DNA of 64,000 bases from Gammaproteobacteria bacterium (GTDB lineage: Bacteria > Pseudomonadota > Gammaproteobacteria > Pseudomonadales > Pseudohongiellaceae). Shown here piece by piece: positions 56,601-64,000 of this stretch. The stretch covers positions 21,561 through 85,560 of the forward strand of contig JAUSMU010000056.1 of NCBI GenBank assembly GCA_030645995.1. The letters run 5' to 3'. The translations under genes were made by a program, and so were the position numbers. The stretch's first letter is position 1; every line of letters begins with the position of its first letter. The notes under the pieces are model-generated. The model made no database searches, was not told the origin of the DNA, and saw only the letters and a program-made list of their open reading frames with translations.

Positions 56601-57521
56601 ATGAGCGATATGCAAGACAGGTCTGAGGCGACACTGAAGGGCAGACTGGTACTGTTCGGCAAAGGCATGGCCATGGGCGTCGCCGATTCCGTTCCGGGCG
56701 TTTCCGGCGGCACCATCGCCGTCATGGTGGGCATCTACGAGGAGCTGGTGAACTCGTTGAAAGGGCTGAACCCCCTCGTGCTGCATACCCGCTGGGGCGG
56801 TGGTCCGCTGCAGTTCTGGCGCAATATCAACGGTGGCTTTCTGCTGACACTGCTGCTTGGCATCGTCACCAGCCTCTATATGAGTGCCAGCACTGTGTTG
56901 TATCTGCTGGACACTCAGTACCCGCTGATGATGGCGTTCTTTGCCGGACTGGTGTTTGCCTCCACCTGGTTTCTGCAGCGTCAGGTGCTGCATTGGGGCG
57001 GCGTCGAAATCGGCATGGCCTTGTTGGGTGCGGCCGTTGCGCTTGTGGTATCTCTTGCCAACCCCATGTCCGGTGACACCGGTCTGGTCTATCTGTTTTT
57101 CTGTGGCATGGTGGCGATCTGCGCCATGATACTGCCGGGCATCTCTGGCGCGTTCGTGCTGATCCTGTTGGGCGCCTACGATTACGTCCTGGCCGCCCTG
57201 CGGGCGCTGAACTTCCCGGTCATCCTGGTGTTCGCGAGTGGTTGCGCCATAGGTCTGCTGAGCTTCTCGCATCTGCTGTCCTGGACCTTCTTCCATTACC
57301 GGCAGCAGACTTACGCCTTCCTGACCGGCATGCTGGCCGCCTCCGTGCTGGTGTTGTGGCCGTGGAAGCAGACGGTGGACGGTGAAATAATCTTCCTGTC
57401 ACCTGCGGGTTTCGAGGCGACAACCGGACAGCCCGCGCAACTGCTGACCGTGCTTCTGCTGGTGGTAGTGGGCTATGCTGTCGTGGCAATTTTTGAAAGA
57501 ATCACCAACAGGAAACTGTAA
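56601..57521 (+). CDS. DUF368-family polytopic membrane protein (candidate undecaprenyl-phosphate translocase, PopT-like)
   Basis: 306-aa ORF with about 8-9 hydrophobic spans. The duplicated DUF368 motif is VPGVSGGTIAV ... LPGISGAFVLILLG. The family call is from memory and was not searched. Confidence 0.82.
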   Translation: MSDMQDRSEATLKGRLVLFGKGMAMGVADSVPGVSGGTIAVMVGIYEELVNSLKGLNPLVLHTRWGGGPLQFWRNINGGFLLTLLLGIVTSLYMSASTVLYLLDTQYPLMMAFFAGLVFASTWFLQRQVLHWGGVEIGMALLGAAVALVVSLANPMSGDTGLVYLFFCGMVAICAMILPGISGAFVLILLGAYDYVLAALRALNFPVILVFASGCAIGLLSFSHLLSWTFFHYRQQTYAFLTGMLAASVLVLWPWKQTVDGEIIFLSPAGFEATTGQPAQLLTVLLLVVVGYAVVAIFERITNRKL

Positions 57522-57523
57522 CT

Positions 57524-58756
57524 GTGATGGAAAGGGTTTTGATGAACGGAAACGGAATGGCGAATCGGGTATCTGACTCTGCAGCGGATGGGCGCATGCG
57601 TGCCGGATTCTCTGCAGTGGTACGAGCAGTTGTCTTGGCAGGGCTGGCACTGGCGCTGCAGAGCTGTGGTGGGCGCTATCAGGCGCCGCTGGATGACCAA
57701 AGCGCAGTCCTGGAGCGCACGGCGCCCCCGATCTATTCGACCACCGGTCCTTCGTCGGTCGGCGGTGTGGCTGACAGTGCGCCCGTGTCGTCATCTGGCA
57801 GTTCTGCCAACACAGGCGGTTCGGCGTCCGGTGCCACTGTGGCTCCCGCACGCGCCATCGCTGCCGGAGTGCGGGTGCAGCCTGCCGATGGCGTGAACGT
57901 CAACGTTGTGAATGATCCGGGTGGTATTCGTCGAACCTCGATTGCTCGACAGCCGCTGGGTGGCAGTGCGCCGGTATCTCCACAAGAACCGGCACCTGCG
58001 ACTGCTCCCGCCAGTTCACCTGCAGTCAGCAGCCCGGCTGCCAACGCGCCGACCGCTGGAACCCCTTCTACCAATGCTGGTGCGCCGTTAGTGGGGCAGA
58101 GCCACATCGTTGCCCGTGGTGAAACCCTCTATTCAATAGCCTGGCAATATTCGCTGGACTACCGGGCGCTGGCGCTGGCCAATAACCTGCAAGCTCCTTA
58201 CACCATCTATCCGGATCAGCGGCTTTCCTTGAATATCGGCAGTGTCTCCAACAACGCGCTGCAGAGCGTGCCCGCTATTCCTGCTGCTCCCGCCGGCACC
58301 GCAGCCGTGGCCAGCGGGCAGCGCCCGGCGGCGGCAGAGGCCAGCCGCCGCACAGGTAATGTGCCAAGTCGTGTCATCGAAGATATCGCCTGGCAATGGC
58401 CGGTGGAGGGGCGCGTACTGCGAACCTTCAGCGGCAGTGCTGCCACCACCAGCCGGGGAATCGATATCGGTGCGCGTCGTGGCGACCCCGTCTATGCAGC
58501 CGCCGATGGCGACGTGGTGTATTCGGGGCGCGGCATACAAGGGCAGGGTGATCTGATCATCATTCGCCACAGTGCTCGCCATCTGAGCGCGTACTCTCAT
58601 AACAGCAGCATGCTGGTTAGTGCGGGAGCGCGGATTCGGGCTGGCGACAAGATTGCCGAAGTCGGCACCGACAGTCGCGGCTCTGAGCTATTGCATTTCG
58701 AGGTGCGCGTAGACGGCGCCCCTGTCGATCCGGCGCGCTATCTGCCTGCCCGCTGA
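57524..58756 (+). CDS. nlpD: murein hydrolase activator NlpD (LysM + M23 peptidase-like lipoprotein)
   Basis: The LysM domain reads HIVARGETLYSIAWQYSLDYRALALANNL. The M23 domain reads GIDIGARRGDPVYAAADGDVVYSG...LLHFEVR...PARYLPAR. It has a lipoprotein-like signal ending LALQSC. The true start may be ATG 57596 (MRAGFSAVV). A Pro/Ala/Ser-rich linker is present. Confidence 0.9.
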   Translation: MMERVLMNGNGMANRVSDSAADGRMRAGFSAVVRAVVLAGLALALQSCGGRYQAPLDDQSAVLERTAPPIYSTTGPSSVGGVADSAPVSSSGSSANTGGSASGATVAPARAIAAGVRVQPADGVNVNVVNDPGGIRRTSIARQPLGGSAPVSPQEPAPATAPASSPAVSSPAANAPTAGTPSTNAGAPLVGQSHIVARGETLYSIAWQYSLDYRALALANNLQAPYTIYPDQRLSLNIGSVSNNALQSVPAIPAAPAGTAAVASGQRPAAAEASRRTGNVPSRVIEDIAWQWPVEGRVLRTFSGSAATTSRGIDIGARRGDPVYAAADGDVVYSGRGIQGQGDLIIIRHSARHLSAYSHNSSMLVSAGARIRAGDKIAEVGTDSRGSELLHFEVRVDGAPVDPARYLPAR

Positions 58757-59066
58757 CTCGCCGATTTTCAGCCTCAGTCTGCAACTTCCCCAATGTGCCT
58801 TTTCTGACGCACGGCCAAGCATGAACGTGGCGTGCGTCGCTCTTCCTTCTCAACTCATCTCATAATTCCAGCAGCCGTCAATTTCTGGGACGTTCTCTGT
58901 TGCCTCTCAAATAATGGAATGGTAAGTTCCGGTCGCCTGTTCACTGGATGTGGGCAGGTACGTCAGGAATGAGGCTTACAAAAGGGGACTGTATTATGGA
59001 CGGTAATGTGGCTCGTACTGAAAACAGTAAAGAGCGCTTGCGATTGCACAACACAAGGAAACCATC

Positions 59067-60032
59067 ATGGATGATGAGGCGATAAGAGCCATGGAAGAAG
59101 TGATAGAGAGAAATGCTGTAGCTATTTTTGACGAAGTTGTAGAACAGAATGTGACGAACGACGCGTCATGCTGTCTGGGGTCTCTCGTCGGCTCTGCAGG
59201 GTGCCGAAAGACACCGGACATGACTCGGCTTTATCTCAACGACATCGGCTCCGCGCAGTTGCTGAGTGCGGAGGAAGAGGTCGAGTATTCGCGCAAGGCG
59301 CGTGCAGGCGATATGGAAGGGCGCCGAATAATGGTTGTCAGCAACCTGCGTCTGGTGGTGAAGATCGCCCGTCGCTACGTCAATCGCGGGCTTGGTTTTC
59401 TCGACCTCGTGCAGGAAGGGAATCTGGGGCTCCTGCGGGCAGTCGAGAAGTATGATCCTGAGCGCGGCTTTCGCTTCTCCACCTACGCGACCTGGTGGAT
59501 TCGACAGACCATCGAGCGAGCCATCATGAATCAGGCCCGAGTAATTCGTCTGCCAATTCATATCCTCAAAGAGCTGAATATTTACCTGAAGACGACACGG
59601 GAATTTTCTCGTGTACACGATCAGGAACCCAGCGTGAAACAACTCTCTCAATTGATGCTCAAGCCGGTGGACGATGTCGAACGTCTGCTGTCCTACAACG
59701 AGCGCCTCGTGACGTCGGACCCACAAAACCCAGGTCAGGAGTCAAGTGTTTTGGAGCAGGTGCCCGATGCTCCTGACAGTGCACCTATGGAAATTCTGCA
59801 TGATGACGGCGTGCGTGAGACGGTTGACGCCTGGTTGCATATGCTCAGCGCGAAGCACATCGACGTCATTGCCCGGCGTTTTGGTTTTTTGGGGTTTGAG
59901 TGCCGAACGTTGGAGGAGGTCGGGCGGGAGATTGGTCTGACTCGCGAGCGAGTTCGCCAGATTCAGCTGGAGGCGCTGGAGAAACTTCGGGAAATTGCCA
60001 GGGAGCAGGGGATTACGAAGGATTGCTGGTAG
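59067..60032 (+). CDS. rpoS: stationary-phase RNA polymerase sigma factor RpoS
   Basis: 321-aa ORF with an AAGGAA SD. It contains SNLRLVVKIARRYVNRG, FRFSTYATWWIRQTIERAIMNQ and the region 4 sequence LEEVGREIGLTRERVRQIQ. The nlpD-rpoS order is conserved. Confidence 0.95.
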   Translation: MDDEAIRAMEEVIERNAVAIFDEVVEQNVTNDASCCLGSLVGSAGCRKTPDMTRLYLNDIGSAQLLSAEEEVEYSRKARAGDMEGRRIMVVSNLRLVVKIARRYVNRGLGFLDLVQEGNLGLLRAVEKYDPERGFRFSTYATWWIRQTIERAIMNQARVIRLPIHILKELNIYLKTTREFSRVHDQEPSVKQLSQLMLKPVDDVERLLSYNERLVTSDPQNPGQESSVLEQVPDAPDSAPMEILHDDGVRETVDAWLHMLSAKHIDVIARRFGFLGFECRTLEEVGREIGLTRERVRQIQLEALEKLREIAREQGITKDCW

Positions 60033-60077
60033 CAGGGAGTTGAATTGCACTGGTTGTATGAGAAGGCTGTTTGCGAA

Positions 60078-60102
60078 GGCTCCGGGATTTGAGGCCGGAG
60101 CC
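60078..60102. terminator. shared hairpin between convergent rpoS and fdxA
   Basis: GGCTCCGG (60078-60085) pairs with CCGGAGCC (60095-60102) around a 9-nt loop. TATTTGC follows on the + strand. It is the only structure in the 88-nt spacer. Confidence 0.5.
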
Positions 60103-60120
60103 TATTTGCAGACCGATATA

Positions 60121-60453
60121 TCAGCCAGCATCCTTGATCAGATACTGGAGCTTGCCCGGCACGCCCTTCCATTTCTCGGCGTCTTCCAATGCGGGTTTCA
60201 TCTCGGTGATATTCGCCCATTTCTGCGCCAGCTCGGCATTGAGCGCCAAAAACTGCTGCTGGTCTTCAGGTAATTCATCTTCGGCATAGATGGCGTCGAC
60301 GGGGCATTCGGGCTCACACAGTGCGCAGTCGATGCATTCGTCGGGGTGGATGACCAGGAAATTCGGACCTTCATAGAAACAATCAACAGGGCATACTTCC
60401 ACACAGTCTGTGTGCTTGCAGCGTATGCAGTTCTCGCCAACAACAAATGTCAT
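60121..60453 (-). CDS. fdxA: 7Fe ferredoxin (FdxA type)
   Basis: I trimmed the start to ATG (complement 60451-60453), giving [29 protein letters not shown]...[12 protein letters not shown]. The track's 146-aa version adds an unconserved Pro-rich leader. Confidence 0.93.
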   Translation of the reverse strand: MTFVVGENCIRCKHTDCVEVCPVDCFYEGPNFLVIHPDECIDCALCEPECPVDAIYAEDELPEDQQQFLALNAELAQKWANITEMKPALEDAEKWKGVPGKLQYLIKDAG

Positions 60454-60597
60454 GATTTCTCCAGCTTTATTGGCCCGGGGTGCCGGGGTGGGTAATTTGA
60501 AGTTGGGGCGATTATAAAGAGGTTCGGGGGGGCAGGGAAAATACTTTTTCCGATTAGGCATAGTTAATTTGCAGGATGGCTAATTACTTCGTAGGTC

Positions 60598-60714
60598 GGC
60601 CTGTACTGGCGGCAGGGCTGAGCAGGACACGCCCGTGAATACTTCCCTGTAGGGCTCGATCGCGCCATCCATGGCGCTCAACGGTCCTGTTCAGCCCTGT
60701 CGCCAGCACCGGCC
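60598..60714. other. 117-nt long imperfect inverted repeat (hairpin element) in the mutS-fdxA spacer
   Basis: A 29-nt arm (60598-60626) pairs with 60686-60714. Hand pairing gives 25 Watson-Crick pairs, 2 G-T pairs and 2 mismatches. The apical region holds the palindrome GCGCCAT-CC-ATGGCGC (60662-60677). Confidence 0.7.
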
Positions 60715-60795
60715 TGGCGGCGGTAATTAACCCATCTTGCTGCAACGAGGCGAGGTGCCAGCGACATAATCGGTCAGAACTTATCCTGTCTGCCC

Positions 60796-63408
60796 TCACA
60801 GTTTTTGTTTGAGGGCGTAGAGGAGGTCCAGGGCCTGGCGGGCGGTGAGGTCGTCGGGGTTGAGGGCGGTGAGTTGTTGGATGACCGGGTGGGGTTCGTA
60901 TTGGGTGAAGAGTTCGGTTTGCAGGGGGGCGGCTGCGGTTTTGGTCGAGGTATTGGTCGCGGGCTTGTGGGATTGCTGGAGGCTGTCGCGTTCCAGTTGT
61001 TGGAGTTTGTCGCGGGCCTGGCGGATGACGGTCAGCGGGACGCCGGCGAGTTGGGCGACCTGCAGGCCGTAGCTCTGGTTCGCGGGGCCGGGTTTGACGG
61101 CGTGCAGGAAGACGATGCCGTCCTGATGTTCCGAGGCGTCCAGGTGGACGTTGGCGATGCTGGAGAAACGCTCGGGCAAAGCGGTCAGTTCGAAGTAATG
61201 AGTGGCAAACAGCGTCCACGCCTGCAGCTTCTCGGCGATGTAGACGGCGCTGGCCCAGGCTAGCGAGAGGCCGTCGAAGGTGCTGGTGCCGCGTCCCACC
61301 TCGTCCATCAGCACCAGGCTGTTGGCCGTGGCGTTGTGGAGAATGTTGGCAGTCTCGGTCATTTCCACCATGAAGGTCGAGCGTCCGCCCGCCAGATCGT
61401 CGGAGGAGCCGATGCGGGTGAAGATGCGATCGATCGGGCCGATGCGGGCGCTACGCGCGGGCACGAAGCTGCCGGTAAAGGCCAGCAGCACAATCAGGGC
61501 AGTCTGACGCATGTAGGTCGATTTACCGCCCATGTTGGGGCCGGTGATAATCAGCATCTGGCGCTTGTCATCCAAGTCGACGTCATTGGCGACGAACACC
61601 CTCTCGGTGACTCCCTCCACCACTGGATGGCGACCCTGTTCGATGTGGATGCCGGGCTCCGCTGTCAGCTCGGGCTGGCAGAGATCCAGTGTACGGGCGC
61701 GCTCGGCGAAGTTGTTCAGGACGTCGAGTTCGGCCAGCGCTGCTGCGGTATTGAGCAGCGCGTTGAGGTCCATCGCCACGACTTCCAGCAGCTCGTCGTA
61801 GAGCGCCTTTTCACGGGTGAGTGCCTTGCTGTTGGCGCTCAGCACCTTGTCTTCGAACAGCTTCAGGTCGGGCGTGATGAAGCGTTCGGCATTCTTCAGG
61901 GTCTGACGACGCTGGTAATCGGCCGGCATGTCGTCGGCCTGCGCCTTGCTGACCTCGATGAAATAGCCGTGCACGCGGTTGTATCCGACCTTCAGGGTGC
62001 TCAGGCCGGTACGCTGTTTCTCCTTGATTTCCAGATCGATCAGGAACTGCCCGGCGTTACTGCTCAGGTTGCGCAGTTCGTCCAGGTCAGCGTCATAACC
62101 CTCGGCGATCACGCCACCCTCGCGAATCACCACGGGCGGATTGTCGATGACGGCGCGGCGCAGTAGCGCGGCGAGATCGGGATAGTCGGCGATGCTGAGC
62201 TGCAGACTGGACAGGCGCGGGGAGTCGTTCTGTTCGAGAATGCCGCTCAGCGCACCTTGCAGACGCGGCAAGGAGATCAAGGCATCGCGCAAACGGGCCA
62301 GGTCTCGCGGCCGTGCCGAGCGCAGGCCGACGCGGGCGAGGATGCGCTCGATGTCGCCGATCTCGTGCAGTAGCGGGTGCAACTGTTCGAAACGGTACTG
62401 GTCGATCAACGTCGAAACTGCCTGCTGGCGCAGCCCCAATGGAGTACGGTCCCGCAGCGGCCGGTGCAGCCAGCGGCTCAACAGCCGTCCGCCCATCGCC
62501 GTGGCGGTGCAATCGAGCACCGACATCAGTGTGTTGTCCGTGCCCCCGGCCAGGTTGCGATCCAGCTCCAGATTGCGACGGCTGGCGGCATCCAGAACGA
62601 GGCTGTCGCCGGGTTGCTCCAATTGAATACCCTGAATATGCGGCAATTGCGAACGCTGCGTCTCGCGAGCATAGCCCAGCAGACAACCCGCCGCCTGCAG
62701 CGCGAGCGTCAACTGCTCGCAACCGAAGCCGTTCAAATCCAACGTGCCGAAGTGCTGGTTTAATGCACGCCGACTGCTGTCGAGATCGAACTCCCACAGC
62801 GGTCTGCGCCGTGACCCTTGTCGCGTTTCCAACACCTGCAGCGCCGAAACCTCTTCATTAACAAGCACTTCCGCGGGTCGGACCCGCGCAACTTCAGCAA
62901 GCATGTCGTCGCGTGAGTCGACTTCGCTGAGCACGAAGCGGCCACTGCTCACGTCCAGCCAGGCCAGACCGAACCGGGCCTTCTCCGGGGCTTCGCTGTG
63001 CGTGCCGGTCACCGCCAGCAACAGGCTTTCGCTGCGCTCGTTGAGTAGAGCCTCGTCGCTGAGCGTGCCTGGCGTGATGATTCGCACCACCTGCCGGTCG
63101 ACAGGCCCCTTGCTGGTCGCCGGGTCGCCGATCTGTTCGCAGATGGCGACCGAAACACCGGCTTCCACCAACCTTGCGAGATAGCGATCGGCAGCATGGT
63201 AAGGGATGCCGCACATGGGGATGTCTTTGCCGTCGATCTTGCCGCGGCTGGTCAGCGTGATGTCGAGAATCTTCGAGGCGGTGCGCGCGTCTTCGAAGAA
63301 CAGCTCGTAGAAGTCGCCCATGCGGTAGAACAGCAGCTCGCTGCGGTGCTGGGCTTTCAGTCCCAAAAATTGCCGCATCATTGGCGTGTGTTGAGAAATA
63401 ATTTCCAT
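60796..63408 (-). CDS. mutS: DNA mismatch repair protein MutS
   Basis: I set the start at ATG (complement 63406-63408), giving [20 protein letters not shown]; the track TTG 63417 adds 3 aa. It contains GDFYELF, the Walker A motif [13 protein letters not shown], and STFMVEM. Confidence 0.97.
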   Translation of the reverse strand: MEIISQHTPMMRQFLGLKAQHRSELLFYRMGDFYELFFEDARTASKILDITLTSRGKIDGKDIPMCGIPYHAADRYLARLVEAGVSVAICEQIGDPATSKGPVDRQVVRIITPGTLSDEALLNERSESLLLAVTGTHSEAPEKARFGLAWLDVSSGRFVLSEVDSRDDMLAEVARVRPAEVLVNEEVSALQVLETRQGSRRRPLWEFDLDSSRRALNQHFGTLDLNGFGCEQLTLALQAAGCLLGYARETQRSQLPHIQGIQLEQPGDSLVLDAASRRNLELDRNLAGGTDNTLMSVLDCTATAMGGRLLSRWLHRPLRDRTPLGLRQQAVSTLIDQYRFEQLHPLLHEIGDIERILARVGLRSARPRDLARLRDALISLPRLQGALSGILEQNDSPRLSSLQLSIADYPDLAALLRRAVIDNPPVVIREGGVIAEGYDADLDELRNLSSNAGQFLIDLEIKEKQRTGLSTLKVGYNRVHGYFIEVSKAQADDMPADYQRRQTLKNAERFITPDLKLFEDKVLSANSKALTREKALYDELLEVVAMDLNALLNTAAALAELDVLNNFAERARTLDLCQPELTAEPGIHIEQGRHPVVEGVTERVFVANDVDLDDKRQMLIITGPNMGGKSTYMRQTALIVLLAFTGSFVPARSARIGPIDRIFTRIGSSDDLAGGRSTFMVEMTETANILHNATANSLVLMDEVGRGTSTFDGLSLAWASAVYIAEKLQAWTLFATHYFELTALPERFSSIANVHLDASEHQDGIVFLHAVKPGPANQSYGLQVAQLAGVPLTVIRQARDKLQQLERDSLQQSHKPATNTSTKTAAAPLQTELFTQYEPHPVIQQLTALNPDDLTARQALDLLYALKQKL

Positions 63409-63495
63409 GTTATTCAATTACATCCAGTTATATCTTAATGCTACGTAATGCATGCGAGTGTGGCGTTCAGCTGACGCCTTCGGCGTGGAGTTAAA

Positions 63496-64000
63496 TCAAC
63501 TTATCGAGTGCCCTACGGCTTTCTCAAACGTTTGTATCAGGGCTGTATAGTCACAGAGTACTGCTTTGACATTTGCCTGGGCCAATTCGAGTATCAAATT
63601 TTCGCGGCTCAATCCCTCCAGCTTGTTGCGCTCAGCCAATGAGCTAAAAAATTTCCGGCTCTCGGGGGCAATTCTGGAAATGGTGCAAAAGCGAGTGCCG
63701 TCTTTCGAGATGTCTACCGTACGGGTTTCTCCCGCCCAAGAATATACGTCTCTGAAAAGGCTTCGATGCAAGGCTTTCAAATAGTCGAAATCATAAGGAG
63801 GTAATTGAAACTCTATCGCTTCAGCTCGCGCAGAACTGAGGCGACGCTCCGCGTCTTCAAGATCGGCATCATCGTGCAAATTAAGGAGATTGCGTAGGAC
63901 AGTGGAGTTTTCGTAACAATAAGGATCCTGTCCAGAACCGTATTTATCTGCGGTCAGAGTTCGACTCCTTGCCGCTCGCTTTTTGCTGGGAGGAGGAAAT
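63496..64000 (-). pseudogene. Fic-family gene lacking the catalytic HPFx(D/E)GNGR core (in-frame deleted remnant); the 5' end is off-window
   Basis: The minus-strand frame is open from the right edge and reads ...TADKYGSGQDPYCYENSTVLRNLLNL...LHRSLFRDVYSWAGETRTVDISKDGTRFC...LILELAQANVKAVLCDYTALIQTFEKAVGHSIS*. It resembles the first ~125 aa and last ~25 aa of E. coli Fic as recalled, and the active-site loop segment is missing. Confidence 0.5.

Noticed and set aside
59067-59230. The unusual Cys-containing segment (SCCLGSLVGSAGCRK) in RpoS region 1 as a possible redox switch
   Set aside because: Region 1 of RpoS is poorly conserved and variable in length across species. Three cysteines in a disordered linker are insufficient evidence without conservation data.
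60033-60120. An RsmZ-type GGA-rich sRNA expected between rpoS and fdxA by analogy with Pseudomonas
   Set aside because: The spacer is only 88 nt and holds a single 8-bp hairpin. There are no repeated unpaired GGA motifs and no TGTAAG-N6-CTTACA GacA box. The 60454-60795 spacer also lacks a GacA box.
60584-61219. A 211-aa Pro/Arg-rich minus-strand ORF spanning the hairpin element and the mutS 3' end
   Set aside because: It is an alternative frame of the mutS C-terminal coding region. It has extreme Pro/Arg/Thr bias with no start context. The part outside mutS coincides with the inverted repeat, which is better explained as a structural element.

Overview
This is a core-chromosome window from a Gammaproteobacterium with Pseudomonas-like synteny; the taxon is inferred from gene order only. 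I call 55 protein-coding genes plus one degraded gene, almost all housekeeping.

Gene order:
- nadB (minus strand, runs off the left edge)
- rpoE-rseA-degP
- lepA-lepB-DUF4845-rnc-era-recO
- cysM-rlmD-relA-mazG
- adk
- a Lys/Ala-rich histone-H1-like gene
- tsaB-uppP-rsmJ
- dapE-dapD-yffB-glnD-map (minus strand)
- rpsB-tsf-pyrH-frr-uppS-cdsA-dxr-rseP-bamA-skp-lpxD-fabZ-lpxA-lpxB-rnhB-dnaE-accA-tilS
- pyrG-kdsA-eno-ftsB-ispD-ispF-truD-pcm-DUF368-nlpD-rpoS
- fdxA-mutS (minus strand)
- a Fic-family remnant running off the right edge

I saw no rRNA, tRNA, CRISPR array, transposase, integrase, phage gene or recognisable defence or accessory island. I do not find convincing evidence for a novel multi-gene system. 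This is an ordinary, highly conserved region.

The items worth a second look are small-scale:
- a 117-nt near-perfect hairpin between mutS and fdxA
- a Fic gene that has lost its catalytic core in frame
- absence of rseB and surE from their canonical slots, with a DUF368 gene inserted before nlpD
- an enlarged repeat-bearing BamA loop
- three short tandem duplications sitting exactly on gene boundaries
- a possible upstream ORF overlapping the rpoS start
- an apparent G+C and codon-usage step at the lpxA/lpxB junction

Many ORF-track entries are antisense shadow ORFs or over-extended N-termini. I re-set starts where homology to well-known proteins (recalled from memory, not searched) made that clear.
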